Source: Candidatus Omnitrophota bacterium
Lineage (GTDB): Bacteria > Omnitrophota > Gorgyraeia > Zapsychrales > JANLHA01
Length of the DNA stretch: 64,000 bases
Assembly (NCBI GenBank): GCA_020632535.1
Contig: JACKFJ010000001.1
Coordinates: 282,890-346,889, forward strand
Reading direction: 5' to 3'
Part shown: positions 8,338-17,869 of the stretch, piece by piece
Position numbering within the stretch: position 1 is the stretch's first letter
Layout: every line of letters starts with the position of its first letter
Program-made: the position numbers and the translations under genes
The notes under the pieces: generated by a model
Databases searched by the model: none
Told to the model about the DNA's origin: nothing
Seen by the model: the letters and a program-made list of their open reading frames with translations, nothing else

Positions 8338-9651
8338 ATGACTATGCCTAAAATTAAAAACGTAAAAGCAAAAACATCAAATGTTGTTGTTGTCGGAGCG
8401 CAATGGGGTGATGAGGGTAAGGGAAAGCTCATCGATTTTCTTTCGCAGAAAGTAGATATTACTGCGCGTTATCAAGGCGGAAACAACGCTGGACACACCG
8501 TTGTTGTTGGTGAAAAAGAATATGTTTTTCATCTCTTACCATCGGCAATTTTGCATAAAAGTAAAATTTGTGTGATTGGTAACGGTGTGGTCGTTGATCC
8601 AAAAGCTTTGCTTGGCGAAATCGATGATCTAAGGAAGAAAGGTGTCGATGTTACGCCTGCGCAATTAAAAGTTTCCGGTTTGTGTCATATTGTTATGCCG
8701 TATCATCGTGTCCTCGACGGATTGCGCGAATCAGTGAGAAAAAATAAAATTGGGACGACGGGTCGCGGGATCGGGCCATGTTATTCTGATAAAGTCGCGC
8801 GTTGTGGGATTAGGATGATTGATCTTTTGAATCCAGATCTTCTGCGATCAAAGCTTGAGGACAATCTAACGGAAAAAAACGAAATTTTCAGTAAGGTTTT
8901 TAAACAGAAAGACTTTCATTTTGAATCGCTGTACGCGGAATATTTGAATTATGGAAAATTGATTGGACCTTATGTTTGTGACACGGCGCTTTTTTTAAAT
9001 CGAGCTATCGACAATAAAAAATCTGTTCTTTTTGAAGGGGCGCAAGGGACTTTTTTGGATATTGATTTTGGAACATATCCGTTTGTCACATCTTCAAGTA
9101 CAATTTCCGGCGGTGTTTGTCCCGGCAGCGGTGTTGCTCCGACGAAAATCGATAAAATTCTTGCCGCGGTAAAAGCGTATACGACGCGTGTTGGTGAAGG
9201 GCCTTTTCCGACGGAATTTTCGGACAGTCTTGAGGATGAGATTCGCGCCAAGGGCAAGGAGTTTGGGGCGACAACTGGTCGTCCGCGTCGCTGTGGTTGG
9301 TTTGATAGTGTTTTAGTCAATTATTCGATTATGGTTAACGGCATTTCTGAATTAGCGATTATGAAGCTTGATGTGCTTGATAATATTAAGGAAATCAAAA
9401 TTTGTACAGCTTATGAGTATAAGGGCAAACGTTTTACGGATTTTCCGATGGATTTTGAAGTTTTAAATAATGCCAAGCCTGTGTATGAAACAATCGCGGG
9501 CTGGAGCGCGCCAACTCGCGGAGTGACAGAGTTTAAAAAATTGCCTGTGAATGCGCGAAAATATATCGAACGTTTAGAAAAGCTTTTAAAAGTCTCAATC
9601 CGTTATGTTTCAACTGGTTCAAAGCGGAGTGAAACGATTATTCGGTATTGA
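8338..9651 (+). CDS. purA: adenylosuccinate synthetase
   Basis: GAQWGDEGKGK P-loop, GGNNAGHTV and TTGRGIGP motifs. Confidence 0.95.
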   Translation: MTMPKIKNVKAKTSNVVVVGAQWGDEGKGKLIDFLSQKVDITARYQGGNNAGHTVVVGEKEYVFHLLPSAILHKSKICVIGNGVVVDPKALLGEIDDLRKKGVDVTPAQLKVSGLCHIVMPYHRVLDGLRESVRKNKIGTTGRGIGPCYSDKVARCGIRMIDLLNPDLLRSKLEDNLTEKNEIFSKVFKQKDFHFESLYAEYLNYGKLIGPYVCDTALFLNRAIDNKKSVLFEGAQGTFLDIDFGTYPFVTSSSTISGGVCPGSGVAPTKIDKILAAVKAYTTRVGEGPFPTEFSDSLEDEIRAKGKEFGATTGRPRRCGWFDSVLVNYSIMVNGISELAIMKLDVLDNIKEIKICTAYEYKGKRFTDFPMDFEVLNNAKPVYETIAGWSAPTRGVTEFKKLPVNARKYIERLEKLLKVSIRYVSTGSKRSETIIRY

Positions 9652-9757
9652 CACAGTTTTTTTTGTATCTTGTTGCGAGAGAAGAGATTTTGCTTTATGA
9701 ACTTGACTTTAAAAATCACCTATGTTAATTTGAAACAAACTTAAAGGAGGAAACACG

Positions 9758-10417
9758 ATGCGCAAATTCAAATTTTTATTCTCATCAATAATTTTACTGA
9801 CTTTGGTGACTTTTGGTCTCACGGGTTGCTCGGTCATTTTTCAGAGTGGACGTCGGCAAGACATTGAAAGAATAGCAAATTTACAAGATGAAAATGAGCG
9901 TCTCGCCAATGAAAAATCTGAGTTGGAACGTGCAAAAGCAGAACTTGAGAATAGGCTTCGTGGCGAAATCAATAGCGATCAAGTCAAAGTTGAAATGGGT
10001 GATCGGGGGCTTGTGATCACTTTCCTCGCTGAGGTTTTATTTGATTCTGGTAAAGCGAAATTAAAGGATGCTTCTTTGGAGACACTTTCTAAAGTTGCTG
10101 GTATTTTAAATACGACTGTTCGTGATCTTAATATAGGTATTGAGGGTCATACAGATAATGTGCCGATTACAAAATCCAATTGGAAGTCAAATTGGGAACT
10201 TTCCACGGCGAGAGCTTTAAGTGTGCTTCATTATATGGCTGAGGATCAAGGTCTTGATCCAAATCGGCTTGCGGCAACCGGTTATGGTGAATATCGCCCC
10301 GTTGCTGATAATGGCACGTCAGCGGGACGTCAAAAGAATCGTCGTGTTGAGATTGTGATTATTCCCAAGACTATTAAGAAAGTAGCTTCTGATCAGGTTC
10401 AAGAAAATTTGAAATAA
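9758..10417 (+). CDS. OmpA/MotB-domain lipoprotein with a coiled-coil linker
   Basis: Lipobox LTGC. C-terminal OmpA-like peptidoglycan-binding motifs (GHTDNVP, NWELSTARA, NRRVEIV). SD AAGGAGG upstream. Confidence 0.8.
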   Translation: MRKFKFLFSSIILLTLVTFGLTGCSVIFQSGRRQDIERIANLQDENERLANEKSELERAKAELENRLRGEINSDQVKVEMGDRGLVITFLAEVLFDSGKAKLKDASLETLSKVAGILNTTVRDLNIGIEGHTDNVPITKSNWKSNWELSTARALSVLHYMAEDQGLDPNRLAATGYGEYRPVADNGTSAGRQKNRRVEIVIIPKTIKKVASDQVQENLK

Positions 10418-10445
10418 TTTCATTGCAAAGAAGAGAGGTTGATCT

Positions 10446-10862
10446 GTGAATAAGAGCATTCTTCTTCCTGCAATTGTAGGTATTGCGGTATTGGCGTGTA
10501 TAATTGCTGTTAGTACAAACTTGAGTGCTTTAAAAAAGAGCATTGGTTTGGAGCGATATAACCGCATTGAAGCGGAGCGTAAGCTTGATGCGGCAGTAAA
10601 AAATTCAATACTTCTCGATCAGCAACTTGTTGAAGCAAGACGGAAGCTAGACGGCATTCAGAATATTCTTTCTGAAGGTCAGAATGTTACAAGTCAATTG
10701 AAATCAACCGTCGAAGCCACATCAAAAGAAAACGAGAATTTAAAAGCGACTATTAAAAAGTTGCAAGATGAGTTAATTGCTAGTCAAAAAGCAGCGCAAA
10801 CAGCAGCTCAGGAAGTCACCGATGTTGTTGCGCAAAGCCAGGTGCCTGCTGTTGTGAATTGA
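10446..10862 (+). CDS. hypothetical membrane-anchored coiled-coil protein (GTG start)
   Basis: N-terminal hydrophobic helix followed by a heptad-like, charged sequence. No recognisable family. An intrinsic terminator follows. Confidence 0.5.
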   Translation: MNKSILLPAIVGIAVLACIIAVSTNLSALKKSIGLERYNRIEAERKLDAAVKNSILLDQQLVEARRKLDGIQNILSEGQNVTSQLKSTVEATSKENENLKATIKKLQDELIASQKAAQTAAQEVTDVVAQSQVPAVVN

Positions 10863-10911
10863 TTGAGTTGTATGTGATGTGAGTTTAGGTGTTTTAATTT
10901 GTTTGACCAAC

Positions 10912-10938
10912 GGGGGATTTTAAATCCCCCATTTTGTT
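10912..10938 (+). terminator. intrinsic terminator
   Basis: GGGGGA-TTTTAAA-TCCCCC hairpin followed by ATTTTGTT. Confidence 0.75.
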
Positions 10939-10956
10939 GATACAGGGTTTTGTTTT

Positions 10957-11691
10957 ATGCCGGGGAATTCACTTCCAGAACATGTTGCAATTATTATGGA
11001 CGGTAACGGCCGCTGGGCAAAGACCAGGGGTTATCCCCGTTTTAAAGGACATTGGGAAGGTGTCGATCGTGTTGAGGATGTCGCGCATGCCGCGAATAAT
11101 ATGGGCATTAAGTATTTGACACTTTTTACTTTTTCGACGGAAAACTGGCGTCGCCCACAGGATGAAGTTTCAATGTTAATGAAAACGGTTTGTACCGTTT
11201 TAGAAACACGCATCGACAAATTGTTCAAGGTCAATATTCGTGTTTTATTTGTTGGGCGTCGAGAGGGCTTGCCGAAGGAAGTGCAAGACAGTATTGATAA
11301 AGCTGTTGCGATTACCGCGGGTAATACGGGCTTGACTCTTAATTTGGCGTTTAATTATGGTGGCCGTTTAGAAATTCTTGATGCGACGCGAAAGATTGCT
11401 GCCGCAGTAAAAGGTGGTAAGTTAAACGAGGAAGATATCGATGAGGCAGTTTTTGAAAAAGCGCTTTATACGACGGGAATGCCGGATCCGGATCTTCTTA
11501 TCAGAACGTCCGGTGAAAAACGCATTAGCAATTTCTTGTTGTGGCAGTTAGCATATTCGGAAATGTATTTTACCGAAAAATTTTGGCCTGACTTTGGTGA
11601 AAAAGAATTTAAGAAAGCGATCGCTGATTATCAAAAACGTGAACGGCGCTTTGGAAAATCAACAGTTGATAAAAAAGTAGTTGTCTCATGA
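10957..11691 (+). CDS. uppS: undecaprenyl diphosphate synthase
   Basis: HVAIIMDGNGRWA and RTSGEKRISNFLLWQ motifs. Confidence 0.95.
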   Translation: MPGNSLPEHVAIIMDGNGRWAKTRGYPRFKGHWEGVDRVEDVAHAANNMGIKYLTLFTFSTENWRRPQDEVSMLMKTVCTVLETRIDKLFKVNIRVLFVGRREGLPKEVQDSIDKAVAITAGNTGLTLNLAFNYGGRLEILDATRKIAAAVKGGKLNEEDIDEAVFEKALYTTGMPDPDLLIRTSGEKRISNFLLWQLAYSEMYFTEKFWPDFGEKEFKKAIADYQKRERRFGKSTVDKKVVVS

Positions 11692-12512
11692 CAAAAAACC
11701 GTTTTTTTAGCTCTGCCTTGATGATCGGGTTGACAGCCTTGGCGATCATTAATGATTGGGCTTTTTTGATCGGAGTTCTCGGGCTTACCATCGGTGGGCT
11801 TTATGAATTCTTTCATATGATAAAGCGTAAGGGAATTCCGATTTATAGTTATTTCGGGATTTTTATTGGAGTTTTGATACCCTTGACGATTTATAGTCGC
11901 TTTGAGTTGACTCGCAATTGGGAATTTCTTTTTATTGTTTTAGCGTTTTTGACAATTTTGCTCTTTCAATTTGCCCGTAAGGATAATGCCAATGCTATTG
12001 TCGGAATTTCAACGACGATGTTTGGTGTTTTTTATGTGTCATGGCTCTTATCGTTTTTGATTCGTATTCGATTCCTTTTGCCTGAGTCGGAGATGGCAGG
12101 TATTAAAATGTTGGCTTTCATTATTATCATTACGAAAGCCGGCGACATTGGTGCTTTATTGGTAGGGAGTATGTGGGGAAAGCACCCGCTTTTTCCGCGG
12201 GTAAGCCCGAACAAATCGATTGAAGGATCAATGGGGAGTTTTGCATTTAGTGTGGTGGCCGCGGTATTATGTAGTTCGCTTTTGCCGCCGGGATTACTGC
12301 CGTTGTGGAAAGTTGCTTTAATGGGAGCGTTTTTTGGTGGTATGGGGCAGCTTGGGGATATTTGTGAATCGCTTATTAAACGTGATTGCAATTTGAAAGA
12401 TTCTGGTAAATTTTTACCGGGTTTAGGCGGTGTTCTTGATGTGATTGATAGTTTGCTGTTTTCGGTTCCGCTATTTTATCTTTATATGAGTTCTATTCTT
12501 AAGTTGATGTAA
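11688..12512 (+). CDS. cdsA: phosphatidate cytidylyltransferase
   Basis: Multi-pass membrane protein with the CTP-transferase-1 signature region SxxKRxxxxKDxGxxxPGHGGxxD, present here in a variant form (SLIKRDCNLKDSGKFLPGLGGVLD). uppS-cdsA-dxr synteny. Confidence 0.85.
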   Translation: MTKNRFFSSALMIGLTALAIINDWAFLIGVLGLTIGGLYEFFHMIKRKGIPIYSYFGIFIGVLIPLTIYSRFELTRNWEFLFIVLAFLTILLFQFARKDNANAIVGISTTMFGVFYVSWLLSFLIRIRFLLPESEMAGIKMLAFIIIITKAGDIGALLVGSMWGKHPLFPRVSPNKSIEGSMGSFAFSVVAAVLCSSLLPPGLLPLWKVALMGAFFGGMGQLGDICESLIKRDCNLKDSGKFLPGLGGVLDVIDSLLFSVPLFYLYMSSILKLM

Positions 12513-13681
12513 TGATGGGTGATCGCAAAAAAAAAGTTGTAATTTTAGGATCTACGGGTTCGATAGGGATCAATGCCCTTGAAGTTATTCATCGTTTTCG
12601 GGATCGTTTTGAAGTTCTAGGTTTGACGGCGCATGACAATCATAAGCTGCTGGCTCAACAGTGTAGAGAGTTTTCGCCAAAATATGCGGCGATCAGTCAT
12701 TCGCGTATTGCTGATTTAAAATTAGCTTTAACAGGTCGTAAAATTAAAGTTCTTGATGCTAATTGCGATTTGCCGTTTTTGTCCGCTTTGCCTGATGTGG
12801 ATATTGTCATCGTTGCTATGAGTGGGCGGGCGGCTTTAGAGCCGTTTTTAAGTGCCGCTTCCGCTGGTAAGCAAATTGCTCCAGCGAATAAAGAGGCTTT
12901 GGTTATTGCCGGTGAAATGATCACGATGGCGGCGCGCAAATCTGGCAGCCGGATTATTCCGGTGGACAGTGAACAAAGCGCAATTTTTCAATGCCTTGAA
13001 GGGCAAAATAAGAAGGAGCTTAAAAAAATTTATTTGACGGCGTCCGGCGGCGCGCTTTACAATGTCCCTGCCAAGAAATTTGATAGTTTAACGATCGACG
13101 ATATTCTTAAACATCCACGTTGGAAAATGGGCAAAAAGATCACCGTTGATTCCGCGACGATGATGAATAAGGGTTTTGAAATTATTGAAGCGCAGCGGCT
13201 TTTTGACGTCGATGTGAAGCAAATTGAAGTGGTTATTCATCCGCAGGCGATTATACACTCGATGGTTAGTTTCCGTGATGGTTCTGTTTTGGCGCAGTTG
13301 GGTGTGACGGATATGCGTTTGCCAATTCAATATGCTTTGACATATCCACAGCGCTGGAGCAGTGGTTTAGATGATTTGGATTTTGCCGCTTTAGCACAGT
13401 TGACATTTGCGAAGCCTGATTTAAAGAAGTTTCCATGTTTAGATTTAGCTTTGTATGTCGCAAGTCAAGGCGGGACATTGCCAGCGGTTTTAAATGCTGC
13501 CGATGAAGAAGCGGTTCAGGCATTTCTATTAGGGCAAATTTATTTTACACAGATTTTTAAAGTTGTTAATAAAGTTGTACTTGCGCATAAAATTCAAAAG
13601 CGTATCAATTTAAAAGCAATTCAGGACGCTGATCTTTGGGCACGGGCACAAGCACAAATATTGATTAAGCGGATTACCTAG
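12512..13681 (+). CDS. dxr: 1-deoxy-D-xylulose 5-phosphate reductoisomerase
   Basis: ILGSTGSIG NADPH motif, PVDSEQSAIFQC and HPRWKMG motifs. Confidence 0.95.
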   Translation: MMGDRKKKVVILGSTGSIGINALEVIHRFRDRFEVLGLTAHDNHKLLAQQCREFSPKYAAISHSRIADLKLALTGRKIKVLDANCDLPFLSALPDVDIVIVAMSGRAALEPFLSAASAGKQIAPANKEALVIAGEMITMAARKSGSRIIPVDSEQSAIFQCLEGQNKKELKKIYLTASGGALYNVPAKKFDSLTIDDILKHPRWKMGKKITVDSATMMNKGFEIIEAQRLFDVDVKQIEVVIHPQAIIHSMVSFRDGSVLAQLGVTDMRLPIQYALTYPQRWSSGLDDLDFAALAQLTFAKPDLKKFPCLDLALYVASQGGTLPAVLNAADEEAVQAFLLGQIYFTQIFKVVNKVVLAHKIQKRINLKAIQDADLWARAQAQILIKRIT

Positions 13682-13690
13682 GAGTCATAA

Positions 13691-14782
13691 ATGAGTTTAA
13701 TTGTTTTTCTTATTGTTCTTGGTGTTCTTGTTATTGTTCATGAGTGGGGACATTATATAACTGCCCGTAAACTTGGGATTACTGTTGAACAATTCTCGGT
13801 TGGATTTGGTCCGAAGCTTTTTTCGTGGAAGGCTGACGGGACGGAGTTTATGGTTTGCGCTGTTCCTTTGGGTGGATTTGTTAAGCTCGCGGGGGATGAT
13901 CGGACAAAACTCAAAGGTGTGAAGGAGGAGTTTTATTCTCAATCTGTTGGTCGTCGCGCTTTGGTGATCGTTATGGGTCCGGTCATTAATATTATTTTCG
14001 CGTATTTGTGTTTTTGGGTTGTTTTTATGACTGGTTTCCCAGTTTTATCGTCTCGGATTGGCGCGGTTATGCCAGATTATCCCGCGCAAGAGGCAGGGCT
14101 CATCGCTGGAGATGTGGTCGTTAAAATTGATGAGAAGAAAGTTACGAGCTGGGATGATTTGCAGGAGTATGTTTCCAAGTCTGATGGTCATCCGATGACG
14201 TTTCGAATTCGACGCGATGGCAGTGAAATCGAAAAAGTTATTTCTCCAAAAGTTCATGTTGGGAAAAATATTTTTGGTCAGGAAGAAAAAGTAAAAATTG
14301 TCGGTGTGCAGCCCGGTGATGATCCCAAAGAAGATATTTTGCTTTTAAAATATGGCCCAGTTGAATCGTTTAGTAAAGCAGGAATACAGCTTTGGAAGTT
14401 AACGGTTTTAACTTTCAAAGGACTTTATCACGTGATTTCTGGCACTTTACCTGCCAAAGATGCTTTTGCTGGACCGATTAGAATCTTTGATGTTATAAGT
14501 TTTGCTGCGGAAAGAGGTTTTACGCATCTGCTTTATATTATGGGCATCATTAGTGCTAATCTCGCGATTTTTAATCTTTTTCCTGTTCCTGTTCTTGATG
14601 GAGGTCATTTGCTTTTCTTGGGAATTGAAAAATTGCGAAGGAAGCCGTTGTCCTTAAAGTTTGAAGAAAACCTGACAAAAATTGGTTTGGGACTTTTGCT
14701 GATGTTAATGGTTTTTGTAATTTACAATGATATCAGTGCCATGGGCTGGTTTGCCAAGTTGCAAAGTTTATTTCATAAATAA
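13691..14782 (+). CDS. rseP: RIP metalloprotease, site-2 protease family M50
   Basis: HEWGHY zinc motif, an internal PDZ-like segment, and a C-terminal NLFPVPVLDGG motif. Confidence 0.9.
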   Translation: MSLIVFLIVLGVLVIVHEWGHYITARKLGITVEQFSVGFGPKLFSWKADGTEFMVCAVPLGGFVKLAGDDRTKLKGVKEEFYSQSVGRRALVIVMGPVINIIFAYLCFWVVFMTGFPVLSSRIGAVMPDYPAQEAGLIAGDVVVKIDEKKVTSWDDLQEYVSKSDGHPMTFRIRRDGSEIEKVISPKVHVGKNIFGQEEKVKIVGVQPGDDPKEDILLLKYGPVESFSKAGIQLWKLTVLTFKGLYHVISGTLPAKDAFAGPIRIFDVISFAAERGFTHLLYIMGIISANLAIFNLFPVPVLDGGHLLFLGIEKLRRKPLSLKFEENLTKIGLGLLLMLMVFVIYNDISAMGWFAKLQSLFHK

Positions 14783-14817
14783 AGACGTGAATTCACTGTC
14801 CAACAGGAGAAAACACT

Positions 14818-16101
14818 ATGGAAATGGAACACAGTGATTTAAAGCAAATTGTTCATCAGTACTTGATTAAGAAAACTGATTTTCTTAAAGTCAAGGACAG
14901 TATGAATGACGATCAATTGCGCGTTTTTGTGGATAAGGCATTAACCAATCTTTGCAATGATGAGCGAATTGATCTCCCAACATCGACGAGGATTTTATTA
15001 ATTCGTGAACTTGTCAGTGCGGTTGTGAGTTTGGGGCCTTTGCGTCCGCTGATTGAAGATAAAAGTATTACCGAAATTATGATCAATGGACCGCAGTCGA
15101 TTTATGTTCAGCGCGAGGGGAAGATTACGCTAACGGATATCAAGTTCCCGGCAAATGAGCAACTGGTGCATACGATTCAAAAGATTTTAGCCGGTTCTGG
15201 TTCAAATCGTCGTGTGGATGAGTCTTCGCCGTACGTTGATTTTTCACTTCCGGATGGTTCGCGTGTCAATGTTCTTTTACCGCCGTGTTCTTTGGTCGGT
15301 CCTGTTGTCACGATTCGCAAGTTTGCCGATATTAATACCCTTGATGACTTATTAAATCGCGGCATGTTAAGTAAAAAAATGGCTATGTTGCTGATTGCGG
15401 GTATGAAAGCCAAGTTGAATATTGTTTTTTGCGGAGCAACTGGAACTGGTAAAACAACGACGTTAAATGTTTTGTCACGTCATTTGCCGGATCATGAACG
15501 AATTATTACCATCGAAGACACGCCGGAATTGCGTTTGATGCAAAAGCACGTTGTGTCGTTACAATCGAAGCCGGCGAATATCGAAGGTAAGGGTGCGATT
15601 ACGATTCGTGATTTATTTGTCAATTCGCTTCGTATGCGTCCGGATCGTATTATTATCGGCGAAATTCGTTCTGGTGAAATGCTGGATATGATTGAGTCGA
15701 TTTCTTCCGGTCACTCCGGTGCGCTCGCGATTGTTCACGCTGAGTCTCCCGAGGATTGTGTAAGCCGCATGGTCACCATGATGTTAATGACGGGGATTCG
15801 TTTAAGCACCGAAGTTATCACAAAGCAAGTGGTGCGAGCCATTGATTTGATTGTACATATCGAGCTTTTTCCGGATGGTGTTCGTCGTATTACGCATGTG
15901 AGTGATTTTACTTTTGATGATGCGACGCATGAACCAAAGCTTGATCATATTTTTGAATTTATACAGGAGAAGATTGAAGATGATGGTAAGGTCAAAGGGC
16001 ATTGGAACATGAGTGGACATAAGCCGTCGTTTTATAAGAAATTTGTTAAGAAAAATATCACATTCCCGGAAGGGTTTTTTGAATCCAAGGTGGGTGATTA
16101 A
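14818..16101 (+). CDS. CpaF/TadA/VirB11-type secretion (type II/IV) ATPase, orphan
   Basis: ITEIMINGP, Walker A GATGTGKTT, ITIEDTPEL, Walker B-like DRIIIGEIR and SGHSG motifs. No adjacent pilus or secretion platform genes. Confidence 0.8.
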   Translation: MEMEHSDLKQIVHQYLIKKTDFLKVKDSMNDDQLRVFVDKALTNLCNDERIDLPTSTRILLIRELVSAVVSLGPLRPLIEDKSITEIMINGPQSIYVQREGKITLTDIKFPANEQLVHTIQKILAGSGSNRRVDESSPYVDFSLPDGSRVNVLLPPCSLVGPVVTIRKFADINTLDDLLNRGMLSKKMAMLLIAGMKAKLNIVFCGATGTGKTTTLNVLSRHLPDHERIITIEDTPELRLMQKHVVSLQSKPANIEGKGAITIRDLFVNSLRMRPDRIIIGEIRSGEMLDMIESISSGHSGALAIVHAESPEDCVSRMVTMMLMTGIRLSTEVITKQVVRAIDLIVHIELFPDGVRRITHVSDFTFDDATHEPKLDHIFEFIQEKIEDDGKVKGHWNMSGHKPSFYKKFVKKNITFPEGFFESKVGD

Positions 16102-16104
16102 GAA

Positions 16105-17364
16105 ATGTTTTGGTCAAAATATTTTATTCCAACTCTTAAAGAAACACCCGTCGGGACAGAAGCCGTCAGCCACCAGTTGTCTCTGCGCGCCGGCTTAGTC
16201 AATATGTTGACATCGGGAGTGTATTCGTATTTACCGTTGGGTTTGCGTGTTTTGAAACGTATCGAAGCCATTATTCGTGAAGAAATGAATGCTGCGGGCG
16301 CTCATGAATTATTTCTTCCAGTTTTGCAGCCGATTGAATTATGGAAGACGACAGGTCGTGATAAAACTTTAGCGGAAATCATGATCACATTTGAAGATAA
16401 AAAAGGACGCACACTTTGTTTGGGGCCGACGCACGAAGAAGTTATTACGGATCTTGTTAAGAATTATGTGCAATCATATCGGCAATTGCCAGTTACACTG
16501 TATCAAATTCAAACAAAATTTCGTGATGAACTTAGAACACGTTATGGCATTGTGCGCGCGTGTGAATTTATTATGAAAGACGCGTATAGTTTTGATCGTG
16601 ATATAGAGGGTTTAAAAAAGAATTATCAGTTGATGTATGACGCATATGTCAGGATTTTTAAACGCTGTGGACTTAATGTTATTATCGCGGAAGCGGATTC
16701 CGGCGCTATGGGTGGAGATGTTTCACATGAATTTCTTGTGCCGGCGGCCATTGGTGAAGATGCGGTTGTGAAATGTTTGTCGTGTGATTTTGGAGGCGCT
16801 GTAAAATCAAATCAAGCACAAGGTGATGCGTGTCCCAAATGCAAAAGCGGAAAGCTTGCTAAGCAAGTTGCGATTGAATTAGGACATGTTTTTCAATTGG
16901 GTCTTAAGTACAGTAGCGCGCAACAAGCGCTTTTTCTTGATGAAGATGGTAAGCAAAAACCAATTGTCATGGGCTGTTACGGAATCGGTGTGAGTCGTTT
17001 GATTGCGGCTGTTATTGAGACAAATAATGACGCTAATGGTATTATTTGGCCTAAGGAAGTTGCCCCTTTTGATGTTGAGATTTTGCCTTTGCAGGTTTCG
17101 GATCAGGAAAGTCTTGAATTGACCAAGCAATATTATCGTGATTTAGAGAAAGCTGGTTTTTCAGTTCTTATTGATGATCGCGATGAAAGTGCTGGGCGTA
17201 AATTCAATGATGCGGATTTAATAGGCATTCCGTTTCGTATTACGATTGGCAAGCGTACTTTGAAAGAAGGAAAGGTTGAAGTAAAAAACCGTCGTACTGG
17301 TGAAACTTTGACGATTGCAAAAGACGAGGCGATAAAGCAATTGATCGCATCTTTGCGGAATTGA
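16105..17364 (+). CDS. proS: prolyl-tRNA synthetase, bacterial-type core lacking the INS editing domain
   Basis: Class II motifs (FRDELRTRYGIVRACEFIMKDAYSF; GCYGIGVSRL) and an anticodon-binding C-terminus. Only 419 aa; a CxxC-x15-CxxC segment (nt 16774-16842) sits where INS normally does. Confidence 0.9.
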   Translation: MFWSKYFIPTLKETPVGTEAVSHQLSLRAGLVNMLTSGVYSYLPLGLRVLKRIEAIIREEMNAAGAHELFLPVLQPIELWKTTGRDKTLAEIMITFEDKKGRTLCLGPTHEEVITDLVKNYVQSYRQLPVTLYQIQTKFRDELRTRYGIVRACEFIMKDAYSFDRDIEGLKKNYQLMYDAYVRIFKRCGLNVIIAEADSGAMGGDVSHEFLVPAAIGEDAVVKCLSCDFGGAVKSNQAQGDACPKCKSGKLAKQVAIELGHVFQLGLKYSSAQQALFLDEDGKQKPIVMGCYGIGVSRLIAAVIETNNDANGIIWPKEVAPFDVEILPLQVSDQESLELTKQYYRDLEKAGFSVLIDDRDESAGRKFNDADLIGIPFRITIGKRTLKEGKVEVKNRRTGETLTIAKDEAIKQLIASLRN

Positions 17365-17367
17365 TAT

Positions 17368-17823
17368 ATGTTGACGGATATTACGGCTGATATCGAGAAG
17401 ATTGTAAGTCCCATTGTTATTGACGCTGGGTTGGAGGTTGTGGAGTTGACGGTCGATCAGCGGAATGCGACTTACATGATTGAACTTCTTATTGATCGTC
17501 CACAAGGCGGGATTACTTTAGAAGAATGCGCTGTCGTTAATAAAAAAGTAGCTGAGATTTTTGATTTAACACAGTCGTGGGCCAATGATTATGAACTTGT
17601 CGTGGCGTCACCCGGCTTGGATCGTTTGTTAAAGAATGAAAAAGATTTTCGCAGAATGTTGACGCAGCGTGTTCGGTTTTTGTTGACCGAGAAGGTGGAT
17701 GGCAAGGGAGAATACTCCGGACATATCAAAGATGTGGGTTCTGCGGATGTTCTTGTTTCATTGAAAAGTAAAGAAGTCAGAATTCCATTTAACAAAATTA
17801 TGAAAGCGACATTAATTATATAG
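17368..17823 (+). CDS. rimP: ribosome maturation factor RimP
   Basis: Size, ASPGLDRLL motif and position upstream of nusA-infB. Confidence 0.85.
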   Translation: MLTDITADIEKIVSPIVIDAGLEVVELTVDQRNATYMIELLIDRPQGGITLEECAVVNKKVAEIFDLTQSWANDYELVVASPGLDRLLKNEKDFRRMLTQRVRFLLTEKVDGKGEYSGHIKDVGSADVLVSLKSKEVRIPFNKIMKATLII

Positions 17824-17869
17824 ATTTGGGACAATTCGCCTAAATCTAAGAAGAACGAAAGGTGATTTT

